A stretch of DNA of 64,000 nucleotides. It comes from Tubulanus polymorphus (taxonomy: Eukaryota > Animalia > Nemertea). Position numbers and translations under genes: made by a program. Of this stretch, positions 49,945 through 62,640 are shown piece after piece. Where the stretch lies: NCBI RefSeq assembly GCF_964204645.1, contig NC_134029.1:15494950-15558949 (forward strand). Reading direction: 5' to 3'. How positions within the stretch are numbered: position 1 is the stretch's first letter; each line of letters starts with the position of its first letter. The notes under the pieces were generated by a model. It made no database searches and was not told where the DNA came from. It was given only the letters and a program-made list of their open reading frames with translations.

Positions 49945-51518
49945 TTTATTTTACATATTTTCTTATTCGAAATCTATTTCATGGTGCCCTTTTTCATTCT
50001 TACCTTTGTATATGGAATAGAAATCTCCAGAACATAATTCTTCTAGATCTTCACTTGATAATCTATGAAATCTATCTGGTAAATATGTTCTGAATTTATG
50101 TGTATTTCCTTTTAATCCTTCAGTGGATAACTAATTTACTACCATATTTGTTAGTAACTGTATCAATATTTGTAATTAGATATTTCTTATGGATTGTTAA
50201 TTCTTTTAACTTCTTAAACTTATAATCTACTGATTTGACATTTGAAGTATCTTTTATTCTATTTAAGAATTCACTGTGTACTTGTTTACTCTCCATTTTA
50301 ATAACATATTTTTTATTAACATTTATTTTAGAAGTTATTAGATTAATATTTTAAGAGTGATAGGGGTTTAGTTGTTCTAGATTAAAGGTTGAAAGGTTGA
50401 GTGAGTAAAAAATGGAGGCGGGTCATACTAGTTATTTTTCATTTTTTATGAGCTCGACCTTTCGACCTTTGATCTAGAACAACTAAACCCCTATTACTAA
50501 CGTAAATTGATTTACGAATAGAATTAATCGATTGACTCATTTTAAGGATCATGGTTTCGTGAAATTCATTAAAGTTCTAAAATTTGCGATCAATTTAAGC
50601 CGAAAATGATTTCAACTATCCGCCATGTTGACACTTGTTCGCGGTAAATTACGGATCCGGACTGATAATTAGTCTGAATCCGTGATTTACGGTTGAGTTT
50701 GACGCTCGAGGTTCCTCCGGTATTTGTAGGCTTTTCGGGATGTACTTTTATCGATGGATGACAATGCTTTGGGTTATTTTTGTCGCAGTTTAAAACCGGA
50801 AATTACACGGGATTAATTCATTATAAATTACTGTGCGCAAATTCGAAATGGTCAGACGCTGAGTTATATTTCTGTCAGAATTGAAAATTACGTTTAAAAG
50901 TATTAGTAGTCGAATCTGAGAGGAGGTACATTTGATGAAAAAAATATTGTCTTGAAAGTGAAATAGGTAATAATCTCGAGAATTACAATAGGGTTTCTAC
51001 AAAGCAGCAGGAACCCTAAATATGCATAATTTGTATCTGTTTTCGTCTGACATCGTTCATTTGGGATATTTCTCTTTACCGTATAAAAACATATCTCAGT
51101 TTGGTCTTAACACAACCAGTGGAAGGGTGCAGTCTAACTAAATCATAGTTTTTATATCTAATTTATAATGTAGCATTTATTGAATTAAAGGTTTATTAAT
51201 GGTAACATACACATAACTCGTAATAGTGAAAATGAAAAAAAAATCCGTGTTTTTGGAGAATCCCGCCATTCCATGATTCCCCGATATGACAACACAGTTA
51301 GCACAAGCGAGCTACAGGGCCAATTGTCCGTCATTTCACATTAGATGTGTGTTAGTGCTGTTGCATTTCTGGTTTACCTCACACGTAAACACTACACATA
51401 ATATTAGCCTACGTAACATATTTCTGCGTGAATTTAAGTTATTTTATGTGTGTGAGCATATATCATGACCCGTGAACTGTCTGACTTGTGGGTTATTCCT
51501 GTCATAACAATTGACTAA

Positions 51519-52832
51519 TTAGGGTTTCTGCTGCCTCGGCAGAAACCCTATTGGATTCCTGCTGATTATTATTTTAACATACTTTCCACTGAGTTTCGTC
51601 ACATAAAAATCATCTTCTATTAGATTTGACTATTAACAACTTTGAGACGAAATGTTAAACTCTGATAATAGTATAACAGTCACTTTCTGCGCGTAGTTTC
51701 TATGGATGTACTGTGCTTCCTGTTTTAAACTTGAAGTTACTTAAAGATAACACCGGTGGAAATAGATCAATCATGGCGCGCATACTGGTGCGAATCTGAA
51801 AGTTTGTGACGTCATTTCATATATAAATAAAGAAGGAAGGCTCCGAGAATATCCAAATCACAGGTTACTGTGAATAACTGGGGTTCGACCATTCACAAGT
51901 TATAAATGTACTTCTTGTTTGTGAAGTATGTTTATTCATTCTGTTATTAAAAGCAGTTCCTTTTAAACAACCTATAATAGTATAGTTTTGTTCATGGATA
52001 TCAATACTTCGAAAAATCAACAGCGGTTTATTTAATTACTGTACCGGTACGCGTTTTCTTAATTGAATTGAATTGGTCCGGTCCAAAAGGGGGGTCATAC
52101 TTGTTAGCGTCAGAAAATGTCAGCGTCGGTGATACCTTGTTATCGTCGATATTAAACGGTCTAAAGTCGTTTATACATCACATACATTACAAATTGGAGG
52201 TCACTTGTACGTGTACATCACATCGTGACGCAGCGGCGATGGTAATGTCATAGAAGAACAAAGTCAGTTGAAAATACCTACCCACTGCACCGATAAAGAA
52301 TGATTGCTGGCCAGCAGAGTCCAGTGACAGTTAGTAATGGGGAGTGATGGTACCGTTCGTGATTATATTTTAATAATGGTTATTGGACGTCAATTTCATA
52401 TGTGAATTGTAATCCCCATCTGATCGCTAGACTTCTCAGACTGACCTGTCACTCCGCGACTAATAGTAACACTATGAGGCCCTCCCTCCTGCACAGTTTA
52501 CCCTATAGGCCAAATTCGGTTTTCTTATCTAGTCGACTTTTTTCGGAACTGATAATAACCGAATATGCGCTTAAACTGTCACTAGGGAATGGTCAAAACA
52601 TCCTTTCGATGTTATTTCCCCCAAAACCTGGCATATTAGTACTTTAGTAGCACATGCGCATAGTAGCACATGTGGGTGAACGTATCCATGTTGTGAGTTG
52701 ACCCCTAGGTGACACTTTTTCAAAAAAACGGAATGTAACGAACTGATTTCGGGTGAAATCTTTGCTCGCATCCCTGAACGACATTCTATCCAGAAAGGCA
52801 GAAACCCGTTATCGCTGCTTGCAGCTATATTT
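51519..52832 (-). mobile_element. HINE of the same family as 15663-19351, different interior
   Basis: Minus-strand 5' AAATATAGCTGCAAGCAGCGATAACGGGTTTCTGC; 3' AATAATAATC...CAATAGGGTTTCTGC-N-GCAGAAACCCTAA hairpin. Confidence 0.78.
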
Positions 52833-55799
52833 GATATTATATTTCTACCTTCAGGGTTTACATTTCAGGGTTGTTTAGGCCTTCGCAGTGTCACTGAAAT
52901 AGAATAAACAGAGTGCTTCGTGATAACAAGTGCCAGCTAAATTCCCCAGAAAAGAAAAGCTAATTCGAACATGTTTAAACAGCGTTTGTATTTCAAATAC
53001 GAGATGAACCTGTAATATACTAGTTGATTCGAATTAACTGGTCTACTCGTCTCTGGTTACGAATCTGACGAATACATTAAAGAATTTATCTTCCAAACAT
53101 GTATTTCGAAATGTCCATGTTTTATAACCACTGTTAGAAATTACACCTTTCGACTTCAAAGTGAGTTTGCCTCCATCCGGAGTTTTCTTTACATGCGTTA
53201 TTTAGTTGATGAGATGTCCCATTGACATCGCTTTTAGCCTCAATTGTGCAGCCAGTAAAAAACTCAGCCAAACATTCTTATTAAAGCCTCATATGTCTGA
53301 GTGTGCTGTTGTGGTGTACTTTATTTGTACCTATGCATATTTTCAAACTGCAATAAATTACATACTTGTGGCCCATGCCATGTTCACTGAGTGTAGTTAG
53401 TTTCTCGTTCCTCGAGAGCTATTACAAGCGTGTCGTATATGTTTACCGCAATCCAAAGCACACCATTTTTACAGTCATTGTATTAACGAAAGATCCGATT
53501 AATGGGCTTGAATGCGCTGCAAAAATGGATATGGCAACTCTGTATTCAAGATTACTTCACATTATATAGGGTTGAATGGTGATAGAAGTTGATCACAATA
53601 GTATTAAGAAGATTTTTGATTAACATTTTATCAATAATTCGATCGGATGATTTATTTCACAAGTTGAATTAATATGCGGATGACTACATCACTTGGCTTG
53701 TACGTGCACCTTGTACCAACGCGATCGGTACCGTAGTGGTCTTAAATTCCTTGTTTTGGGCTGGGAGAGGAAGTGGGAGTCTATAAATTTGAAAAGTTGG
53801 AAGACAAAGTCCTCGAAAGCCTTTAATTTTTAGAGTTAGACCGAAATTATCGCCGAGTTGTATGGAAGTGTGGCGTTCTTTTGTTCATTTACTGCAGACA
53901 TATTGCGTGGCAACAGTCGGCGTCTGGAGATTCCTCATTAACGGGGTTTCCTTTGTATCGCAACAACCAAACAGAGCTACGCGCACCTGCTACGGAGTCT
54001 ATAGACTGTTAGTAACACATTTTCCTTGCCAAACTTGTATTCTTAATCTATATTGGGCTATATTGAAAGTTTTCGTTTTTGTGGTTTCGTGTGGGGGTTT
54101 TGGTTATAAAATAAATAAATTCTCGATTTTAGAATTCTTTTAATTTGTTAATAGTGGGTTTTTTATTTTATCTTCCGTTCACCACGTTTGAGTGTGTTTA
54201 TCGCACTACCAGTAAGTTACTGTTTTGGTATATTATATTTCATCAATTTGCAAAAACAGATATATAGTTTTAAAATCATTAAGGGAAGGATTAACACGCT
54301 GTCACAAAAATATAATGTTATTATCCTCTCATTTGTAGATTTGAGTTTTGAGCGTTTTGAGCGTCATTAAATAAACGTAATATAAAATATTTTATTGACT
54401 TTTTGCCGTTGGTCGCATTCACCCAAAGCCGTTCTCATCGAGCCAAAACGTGCGTATGAATATTCGGATGAATTTTACGCAATTACGTTGGATTCGCAAT
54501 ACACGCCGATGTAGCTGGCACGGTTACTCTTCAAACCGCGAACGAATCTATGCGTATATTACAAATTGCAACCCTCTTTCGTTTACTGATAATTTGAACT
54601 TTGACTTCATAAAGCTGTGGTAAAATCTTTATCATTAAAAATGACATGAATTTATAACTTATAACTCCTATAACCGCCCATATTTCACTCTAAAGCAAAA
54701 CAAATCGATCGGACGTATTTGTTCCTGCCTACCACTGTTCGAGGCGTCAAGTCTCACTGTAGTGCCCAGGGTAGTTGTTAAAGCAAACAGATCAACATAA
54801 TTTAAAGAGTAGTAGAATGAACAATGCAATATGTTTCAATCGATATTGTAAAAGCTGTACCTCGAAAGCACAGGACCTTTGGTCCTCTAGTTGGTTTTCT
54901 CATGTGGTCACCAGTGGTGGTGATCAGTGAATGATTTAGCATTTTCATATCATATTGATACCCCCGTTAGAGGTATTAAATTCCTGCAATCAAATCCGAA
55001 ATTGTAGCTCATGACATGTTTCAGAATTGTGGTGAATTGAAACGTCATTGGTTTCCATAAATGTTCGCCGCGGAGGGTTGTTAACGTTCTCACCACCCGT
55101 TGTGCGGCATACTGTATAAATTTAGATGTGGGGAAGGAACCAGCGGTCTGTAGAAGGCAGACACAAACAAGCTCATGGAGGGTTGTCTTTACGGGTTAGA
55201 TGGTGATGCTGCTGACAAATGAGTGGCCAAAGATTATCCTTCTTTATCATAACAATATATTGATCCAATGTTATTATTTCCGTCATAGTAATCCGTTCTA
55301 TTAACTAAGTATGCAACGCAGCCTGACCTCCCTAAACCAAAGCCACACTATCTACTTGCATAAGTCCACAGCGCCAAGTAGTGAGAATAATATATAATAT
55401 TCTCACTACCCTCTCCGCTCAACTCGAAAACTAATCAAATCAAATTACCTAGAGTAAAAAACATTTAAAAATATCCCGAGGCGTCAGATGAGACAGAGGA
55501 AACCCGAAAGGCTGCTATTACCCATATGGTAATGATTCAATTAAACTGCTCGTTCACTTGATAATGCGGACGGCAGCTCGGCAGCTGAACCTGACACTGT
55601 CATATCTTTCTCCACACAGAACCCTAACAAGCCACGCCTGGACCCTTCCACCCTTTGTATAATACCACTTCCAATGGGCTACGTCCGGCCATCGCTCAAA
55701 TTATGGCCCGCCGGCTCAAATCTGTGTCCCGTTTCCCAATCGTTGATATTAAACTCCATAAGGTAAAACTTTTAACGGTTTGAAATCCGAATGAAATAT

Positions 55800-56380
55800 T
55801 CCGAATGAAATCGCAGGCACTTTCGTTGACTTATTGGCTCATCCGTCTGAATAAATGTCTCTCAAAAGGTACAATGATATTTGGTATATAGAAACAATCT
55901 AGCATGTGAATGGCTTTGTGATATTCATCACTCGGAGTGGGCGGGGTCGTCACTGGAACTGGTGGATTTGGGTCGGGGATGGTATCGAATATCTCCTGTA
56001 CATCCTCCCCAGCAGTATGCATCAACGAGACAAGTTTCTTATCCGCATTTGTTACCCCATTCGCACACGCGTGAAACTCAAATGAATTCTTCTTTTTTTC
56101 TAACGTGTTGCCAACGTCAAGTAGTAACTTAGTAACGTCGCTCTCTTTCAATTCCAATGGCCTTACCGCGTTAAATTCAATATTTACTGGTATCCTCATC
56201 TATTTCCGCAACAGTTTACCACCTCGTCACCAATGTAGAGTCGCCTATTAGATCCGAAGATTAGACGTAAGACTGATATTCATCAGCATCAGGGTAACCA
56301 ACTTCAGCTCCATCTTAATAGCTCTCTAATACCGGTGGCAGAACTTAATGGTGCTGTAGCACAATTACAAATACACTACA
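55800..56380 (-). mobile_element. Ty3/gypsy remnant: short LTR, PBS and gag start
   Basis: TGTAG...CTACA segment 56234-56380; PBS-like TGGTGACGAGG at 56222-56232; gag motifs LMHTAGEDVQEIFDT...Y..AI..LD...P...PFERHLFRRMSQ. Confidence 0.7.
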
Positions 56381-58873
56381 ACATCCACTCTCATGATATA
56401 ATATAATATTAAACAAAACGTTAAACCAAATTAAAACCTATCATTTTACGTTCCTCTTATCCCATGTGTTGCTCTCTGTTTTCAACAAATACTTATTTTC
56501 TCACACTTAAATAAGATTCTCCCTTCAAAATTAAAACATAGGTGTACAGCCAAAGACAGGAATGAATGCTCTCGACCAAAAGGGACAAAATGTATACAAG
56601 TCAAACGAAACATGAGCCGACCGAGGACAAATGAACGACAGATCCACGAAAAGGATACGCAAACATGCGTAAGCAAATGGCAAAAATGCAAGCATATAAA
56701 ATCCCACTAGAAAGAATCTCACTAGATTCAAAAACTACATCCCAACTGAACCTTTACTCTCAACATCTATAGTATTTTAAGAAACAACTTATCAATAACG
56801 ATAAAACCTTGCCTGTATTTTTGGTTTACTATTAATAGTGATATTGAAGTTGGCATTGAGCCAATTATGTAAAATCGCGGTACGGTTTTTTATGTGTGCA
56901 TTTGTTTCATTGGTTCTCGACATGGTCAACTTTGTTAAAATTCTACGAAAAATTTTTTTTGGTGGAAAAATTCTCAGGTCTTATAGAATTGCAATGATGA
57001 CCTCGATCGGGGGGCGGGGGGTGCATATAGAATTGCAATGATGACCTCGAACGGGGGGGTTGTCTCTATTCATTGGTATATACGGGGTATTCCGGCGTTA
57101 CTAAAATGATTATGAGAAAGCCACAATGGCGAACGTTTCTTTCGACTTGATGCCGTACACGTACGAATTCAATTCCAAATGCTCATTGCTGGTGAGAATA
57201 TAATTATTTCAAATATGCGCCATAGGTATTGTCTCATTCTAATACCCGGTGATTGTTTTGATTGACATATAAGTGCAAGCGAACATTCACACGGTCTCCA
57301 CTTACGCGCTGAGTGCAAATCGTTTAGACTGTTGCACACACACGCTCGTACTACTACACTATACACTACTATATTGTGATACTGTAACACTGCTTGCTGG
57401 CGCGTGCACGTTTGACATTTCATCAGCAAAAGATGAGCGCTGTGTTTTCCATTTGATAGTGTTTGTAACAAGTTTAAAATATGTTGTGACCTGAAAATAC
57501 TTTGCCGCAAACTATAGTTAATAGGTGGAGGTCTGAATATTTTAGTGGTAAAATCCAGGATTTAAAACGATCTACTTACATTTTTATTACGGTAACAGTA
57601 TGTGTCGTAGCTTCCGCGGCCATACATTGGAAAAGGTTGTAAAAACTAGCCACCCTCTGATTTGTGATATCATATGAATTTTATTCAAATATTTTTCATT
57701 TTGTGAAAAATATTATTTTCCAGATATGAAATAGTTTTCCTGTCTACCTGTACCCTACGGAATTTTGGACATGGACCGTAAACAGAAGTATTTGGCCTTG
57801 ATTTGACTACAAAATGATTATTTCAGAAAGATAAAGTAAAATAATAACCTTGAATTCAGGAATTAAAAGATTTTTCATAAGCAATGCCCTGGCCAATATA
57901 TATGTGTATTCAAGGATACAAAAAGCTTAGAATAAAGTTAGAATAAAAGAAAACATGTTCTGAGTACTAGCGTACAGATATATTGAATATATTTTCCTAT
58001 GGAATACTGAAATGGGTTTATATTGTCAGAAAGGAGAAACATTGATAATCAATAGGAAGCAATTAAACTATTTTTAAACGTTTTTTGAATGTAGCAATAG
58101 AACTAGAGGAAATAATATCGAAATTAAGGGTATTCCATGATAGAGGACCTGTGACAACCATATACTTATTTCTATTAATCGCTACTAGTCCTATAGTTTT
58201 TATCAAATCAATATAAAACTTGGAACCAATAATCTATGGGCTAGATCTCTTCTCAATTTTCTCTTGATGTTCTATCTGGGTGAAAGACTACAATGATATA
58301 AACCCCTTGTTTTGGGATCGTAAGTAAACAAAACACAGCGGGGCTATATCAGCCGACAGGCTATTTGTTTTTATATTCATCTACTTTCTACTTTTTGTTT
58401 CTCATTGTTATCTTCTTTTCTCTTTGCTCAAATTTACTAGATCTTCTATTCCACTAATCTCTGGTCCACTTCCAAAGTAGATCAACGACGTTTGACCAAA
58501 ACGCCACTTTGTAGCCTCTCGAAGATATCCAGAACGTCAGGCTACAAAAACATATCTCACAAGCCTACGTGGATCAACTACGAGAGACAACTTACGACTT
58601 TTGACCAAAACGTAACAGGCTTGGCCTTTGGGCTGCTTGCGAGGCAAACTCAAGAAATTTTACAAATACGTTAGGCCAGAGTCTCTAGTTTTGCTGGTCA
58701 TGCAAACTCAACGACGATACCCAGAATGTCAGACCCAAAAACTTGTTTACTTGAAATATGTGCCAAAAACAAGAACATTTTCTGTATTTATACGTAGATG
58801 CGTATATTTCCTTTTAGGATTTAAATACATGTTTATCAAATTACCAAAATATTTCATTTCTATTTTCTTACAG

Positions 58874-59023
58874 ATATGCGTAAGTCGGCCTGCTATTTAC
58901 AGGTGACTGGCCTATCTGCCTGTACCAATCCTATCGGAACTAATCTCACAAAAATGGCATGTTGTTGTTCGCTTGGAAAAGCATGGGACAATCCGTGCGT
59001 GAGATGTCCACTGAAAGGTTCTG
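58874..59023 (+). CDS. FBN: Fibrillin exon: TB (8-Cys) domain
   Basis: ttacag|AT ATG CGT...; DMRKSACYLQVTGLSACTNPIGTNLTKMACCCSLGKAWDNPCVRCPLKGS with the CCC signature; GC donor G|GCAAGT; missed by the ORF track. Confidence 0.9.
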
Positions 59024-59317
59024 GCAAGTATCATCATTAAGGCATTTCAGATTATGTACTTCGATGTGGTGAGCTTTTAAGGGATACCAATTGAAAATGA
59101 ATCAAACTAAATCTAGCAATCTACATAGTGAAAATATGAATCCCTCTTTAAGATGAAAAGATATGTGTATCGGTTGGTATGCTCGGACGCCGTGACAAAC
59201 ACGATGGGTTTGGTCACTGGCATTCGGAATTGCATGTCATATACCACCAAACGATAAGAATTAAATGAAATCGTTCACACAATGGCTATTTCAATAGCTA
59301 CTTTCATGTATTTACAG

Positions 59318-59491
59318 CTGAACATGGTCTATTGTGCAGTGGTGAGTCATTTGGTGAGATCAATGCGATCAATGAATGTGTTCTCATACCTGAACTCTGT
59401 AAAAATGGTGATTGTATTGACACGGTCGGGAGTTTCCGCTGTCAGTGTCCACATGGCTTTACGTTAGATCCGGAAACCGTTATCTGTGAAG
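59318..59491 (+). CDS. FBN: Fibrillin exon: TB end plus cbEGF
   Basis: ttacag|CT GAA CAT...TGT GAA G|gtaaga; AEHGLLC...INECVLIPELCKNGDCIDTVGSFRCQCPHGFTLDPETVICE. Confidence 0.9.
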
Positions 59492-60514
59492 GTAAGATTT
59501 ATTGGTACTTATCTGCTAAATGATAATGCCTAGCCAAACAGATTCTACGAGTGCTCAAAAATTCCATGGAGCTTCATCTCTAAAATTATAATCATGCCGA
59601 ATAGCTATCTAACATAATTCCGTAGCGTTGTTACTGAATAGTATGCAACTTTCAACGAATATAGCAATTCACTATGTAGAGTTGGCCCATTCCGAATTTA
59701 GTGGGGTATATTGTACTTATATAAACCTTTATACCGAACTCAAAGAAGCAATTGCACTGTAGTAACTGAACTGATGAAACTACGAGCTATTAAGGCAATA
59801 ACATTAGATGGAATGTATTTGAAAACTTTATGAGCTCAAACCTATTATCGTTTTTCCCTTGGTTGGATAGAGTTAAATGCGGAAGTCACCCAGACTGGAA
59901 GGGAATTAAAGTTCCCAGGGTAATGTTTTTTAATTTACATCACTGGAAATAAGGTCAATAACTACTCATATAAAAATTAGTGCTCACTTAAATGAGTATC
60001 TCTCTGTCTAGCGATCATGAACTGTCACAAACGCTAGTAACCGACAGCAAATTGCATTGTCCCTCAAGTCGAAGTTACAATTGTGATTAAGCGTCGGGTA
60101 AATTCATCAAGGAAATTTAAATTGGGTACACTTTTGAACGCTTGGCGATTTAGTGCTAGTTCGCAGAATGAAAATAGATCCAGAATTTAGACTAAAGGTT
60201 TTTATCATTGTATTACCGAATGGCGATCGAAGTTGATCACAATAATTTCATGAATATTGAATAACAGTTAATCACTGCGTCCTTAGAATTTGTTCATGTA
60301 TTAAGTCCATTTATATGCGGTTGACTTCATCATTGTATTGGATTGCACTTTATTTTACAATATGAAAAAATAAGTAAACAAATATAGTATAGCATGTGAG
60401 CAAATGAGAATGAGATTGCCAATGTCCCGAAGAATTCAGAGATTGTCGAGTCCGATTCCGTTTAGTGTACTCGGGTATCTTATAAACGTGCGCCAGACGA
60501 TGTGTTTAAAACAT

Positions 60515-60666
60515 AGTAATTGTATAGGCCTATATGTTGTTTCATACCAGAGGTCGAAAGGTCGAGCTCATAAAAATAAGAAATAAATTCTCGCACGCTC
60601 GAATTTATCTTTTATGTTTTACTCACTCAACCCTTCAACCTCTGGTATGAAACAACATATATACAA
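60515..60666 (+). repeat. Hairpin terminus of a further Polinton relative G
   Basis: AGTAATTGTAT...TGTTGTTTCATACCAGAGGTCGAAAGGTCGAGCTCAT / loop AAATAAATTCTCGCACGCTCGAATTTAT / CAACCTCTGGTATGAAACAACATATATACAA; last bases interrupted by a HINE. Confidence 0.8.
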
Positions 60667-60705
60667 ATATAGCTGCCAAGCAGCGATGACGGGTTTTCTG
60701 CAAAG
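60665..60705 (+). mobile_element. 5' end of another HINE of the AAATATAGCTGC family (3' end not located)
   Basis: AAATATAGCTGCCAAGCAGCGATGACGGGTTTTCTGC. Confidence 0.6.
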
Positions 60706-62295
60706 ATGGGAATTGTAGTAAATTGAAATATCGATACATAGAATAAAATGCATTGACAGATTCGAACCTAATATGCTGTGTAAACGTCAAATATGATTCA
60801 GCTTTGAAACCGAACATACGCGGACGTACAATCACAAATATCAATTTATTTGACCAGCCATTTATTTTGGCATTCAAACATCATGATACTGTATTATCAC
60901 CATCCTTAAAAATGGATCTGTCCTATTAAGAACTCATCTTAAGCACCTGCTGAGTCGATAGATTGAGTGAATTTACAGATAAGAACGTATTATGATTTAG
61001 AATAGATTTAAGAAGTTAATTTTTTATTGAAATATTTGAATAAATACATATATCGTAGTGTAGATTCAATCAATAAATTATGAATTGATTTGGTCTGGGT
61101 TTCCGGCCGATGTTGATTTTGGCTTTTATGGATTACAAATTCTACAGTGATAAACAATTGATACCTGCAACATGTGTGTAAATCAAACCTATTCCACTAG
61201 TTGCGTGTGTTTCCTAATAAACAGGAGAGTCACTCTTGATCCGAGTTATTAGAAAAATAATGTTCATTTACTTATAGAAATTCATTGCCTTTTTGGAAAT
61301 TCTGTAATAATATTTGTTCTGTCCTAATTTTTATTACTGTATGAACCAATGATATGCTTTGTAAATATGATGTAATAAAATAAATTTGAATTTGAATTAA
61401 ATTTGAACATGAGAATCAAGCATAACTTCTGTTTTTTCAACTTGTCTTTTGTTAACAGTTCCAGAGTTTCAATTACAATCAAATCCAAATTGGCTAAAAA
61501 GTACATAGGACTAAATGAAATGAACCGTTAGTTACTGCAAACCTATTCCGGTGTTATGTCGATCGTGTTGAATCACTTTCCTTGAGTTGAAAGAATCAGA
61601 TCTTCTATGGTGCAACATCGGTCGAAGAGAGATATCTTGGTGTTGACTGTCCTTGACCATCTAACTTCATGCGTTTGACATTGGAATCAGCATCATACCC
61701 ATTTGAACTGCAAAATATTCATACAACATCAAAACCTACAGTACATGTATACAGTAATCAAACTTTCACCGATGTTGGATATTTGAATGAACGTTGGGCT
61801 TATTTCAGTATTCTAAAGCAGGAAATAATAAGCCCAATAAATAGGCCCTATTCCCATTGGAACAATTGTATAATGCGTACAGCAGCACTTATCAGTCAAG
61901 TATGGAGAAATCGGTATACCAAACCTACGAACAGCAAAATGTACAGGCCTACAATGATTTCTGGTATACAAGCTGTGACCACATGAACGTTTTGGTTTGA
62001 CTATTCATGTCAGCAGGTCAGAGAAGGCCTGGCCAAATTTAACCACATGGCTCAAATCAATTAGCCTTTCTGCGTGTGAATACTTCACTGTATTGTTTTA
62101 AAAATAGGCCTATCGAGTGAATTAGTACAAAGACTGAATTAGACTTTAGGCTAGTCCTGACCAAATCCTATCCATGTTATAATTGCACCAGTTATAGTAA
62201 CATCACTGTAGGGCCGACGAGAGGAGAAAAGTTGTGTTTGTAGTACATAGGCATGGTTGGCTTGTCGTACTCACTTAATACTTAAAATGCTGTTG

Positions 62296-62640
62296 TTACC
62301 TGTACGTGACTGGTCGGTGATTTCTACAGGTTAGCTGTATGTGAGTACGTTGACGCTCAGACTTGCAATATTGGGATTCGAAACCAAACAAAAAAAATCC
62401 AGTTGTAGTCCAGTGATTTACCCACCACGGTGCCAGAGAACGTAACTGCAGGGTGGATGAAATTTGATTAATCTGCAAACGCGCATGCGTGAAAGAATAG
62501 AGTTTGGGTTAGGTGAGGCTAGGCTATTCGTAAATCAAATTTCATCCACCCTGCAGTTCCTATAGGAACTCACGTACGGCGTTTTTAGGGAACCTGTACG
62601 GTTAACCTGTGGATATCACCGTACACTCACGTACGCGTAA
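62296..62640. repeat. Nested foldback/MITE-like structure
   Basis: Perfect 26-bp inverted repeat AACTGCAGGGTGGATGAAATTTGATT (62444-62558) inside degenerate outer arms (62296-62345 and 62595-62640). Confidence 0.65.

Larger units (their letters stand above)
43860..50498 (-). mobile_element. Partial Polinton copy F: hairpin end plus structural module, pPolB absent
   Basis: Terminal palindrome 50356-50498 ending CTATTACT, then homologs of B 22890-29760 in the same order; other end and TSD not found. Confidence 0.9.

Noticed and set aside
37820-50498. E and F as a single element with co-directional integrase and capsid genes
   Set aside because: They duplicate the same structural genes in opposite orientations and differ in decay; no partner end preceded by AACGTA (the 6 bp after 50498) was found; two abutting partial copies is simpler
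51286-58800. Numerous 60-113 aa ORFs in the distal intron
   Set aside because: No domain signatures or coherent splice structure, apart from the gypsy gag remnant
6782-58873. Additional fibrillin exons hidden in the large intron
   Set aside because: The flanking exons join in phase into a continuous cbEGF-TB junction and I saw no Cys-patterned segment between them; a small alternative exon cannot be excluded by eye
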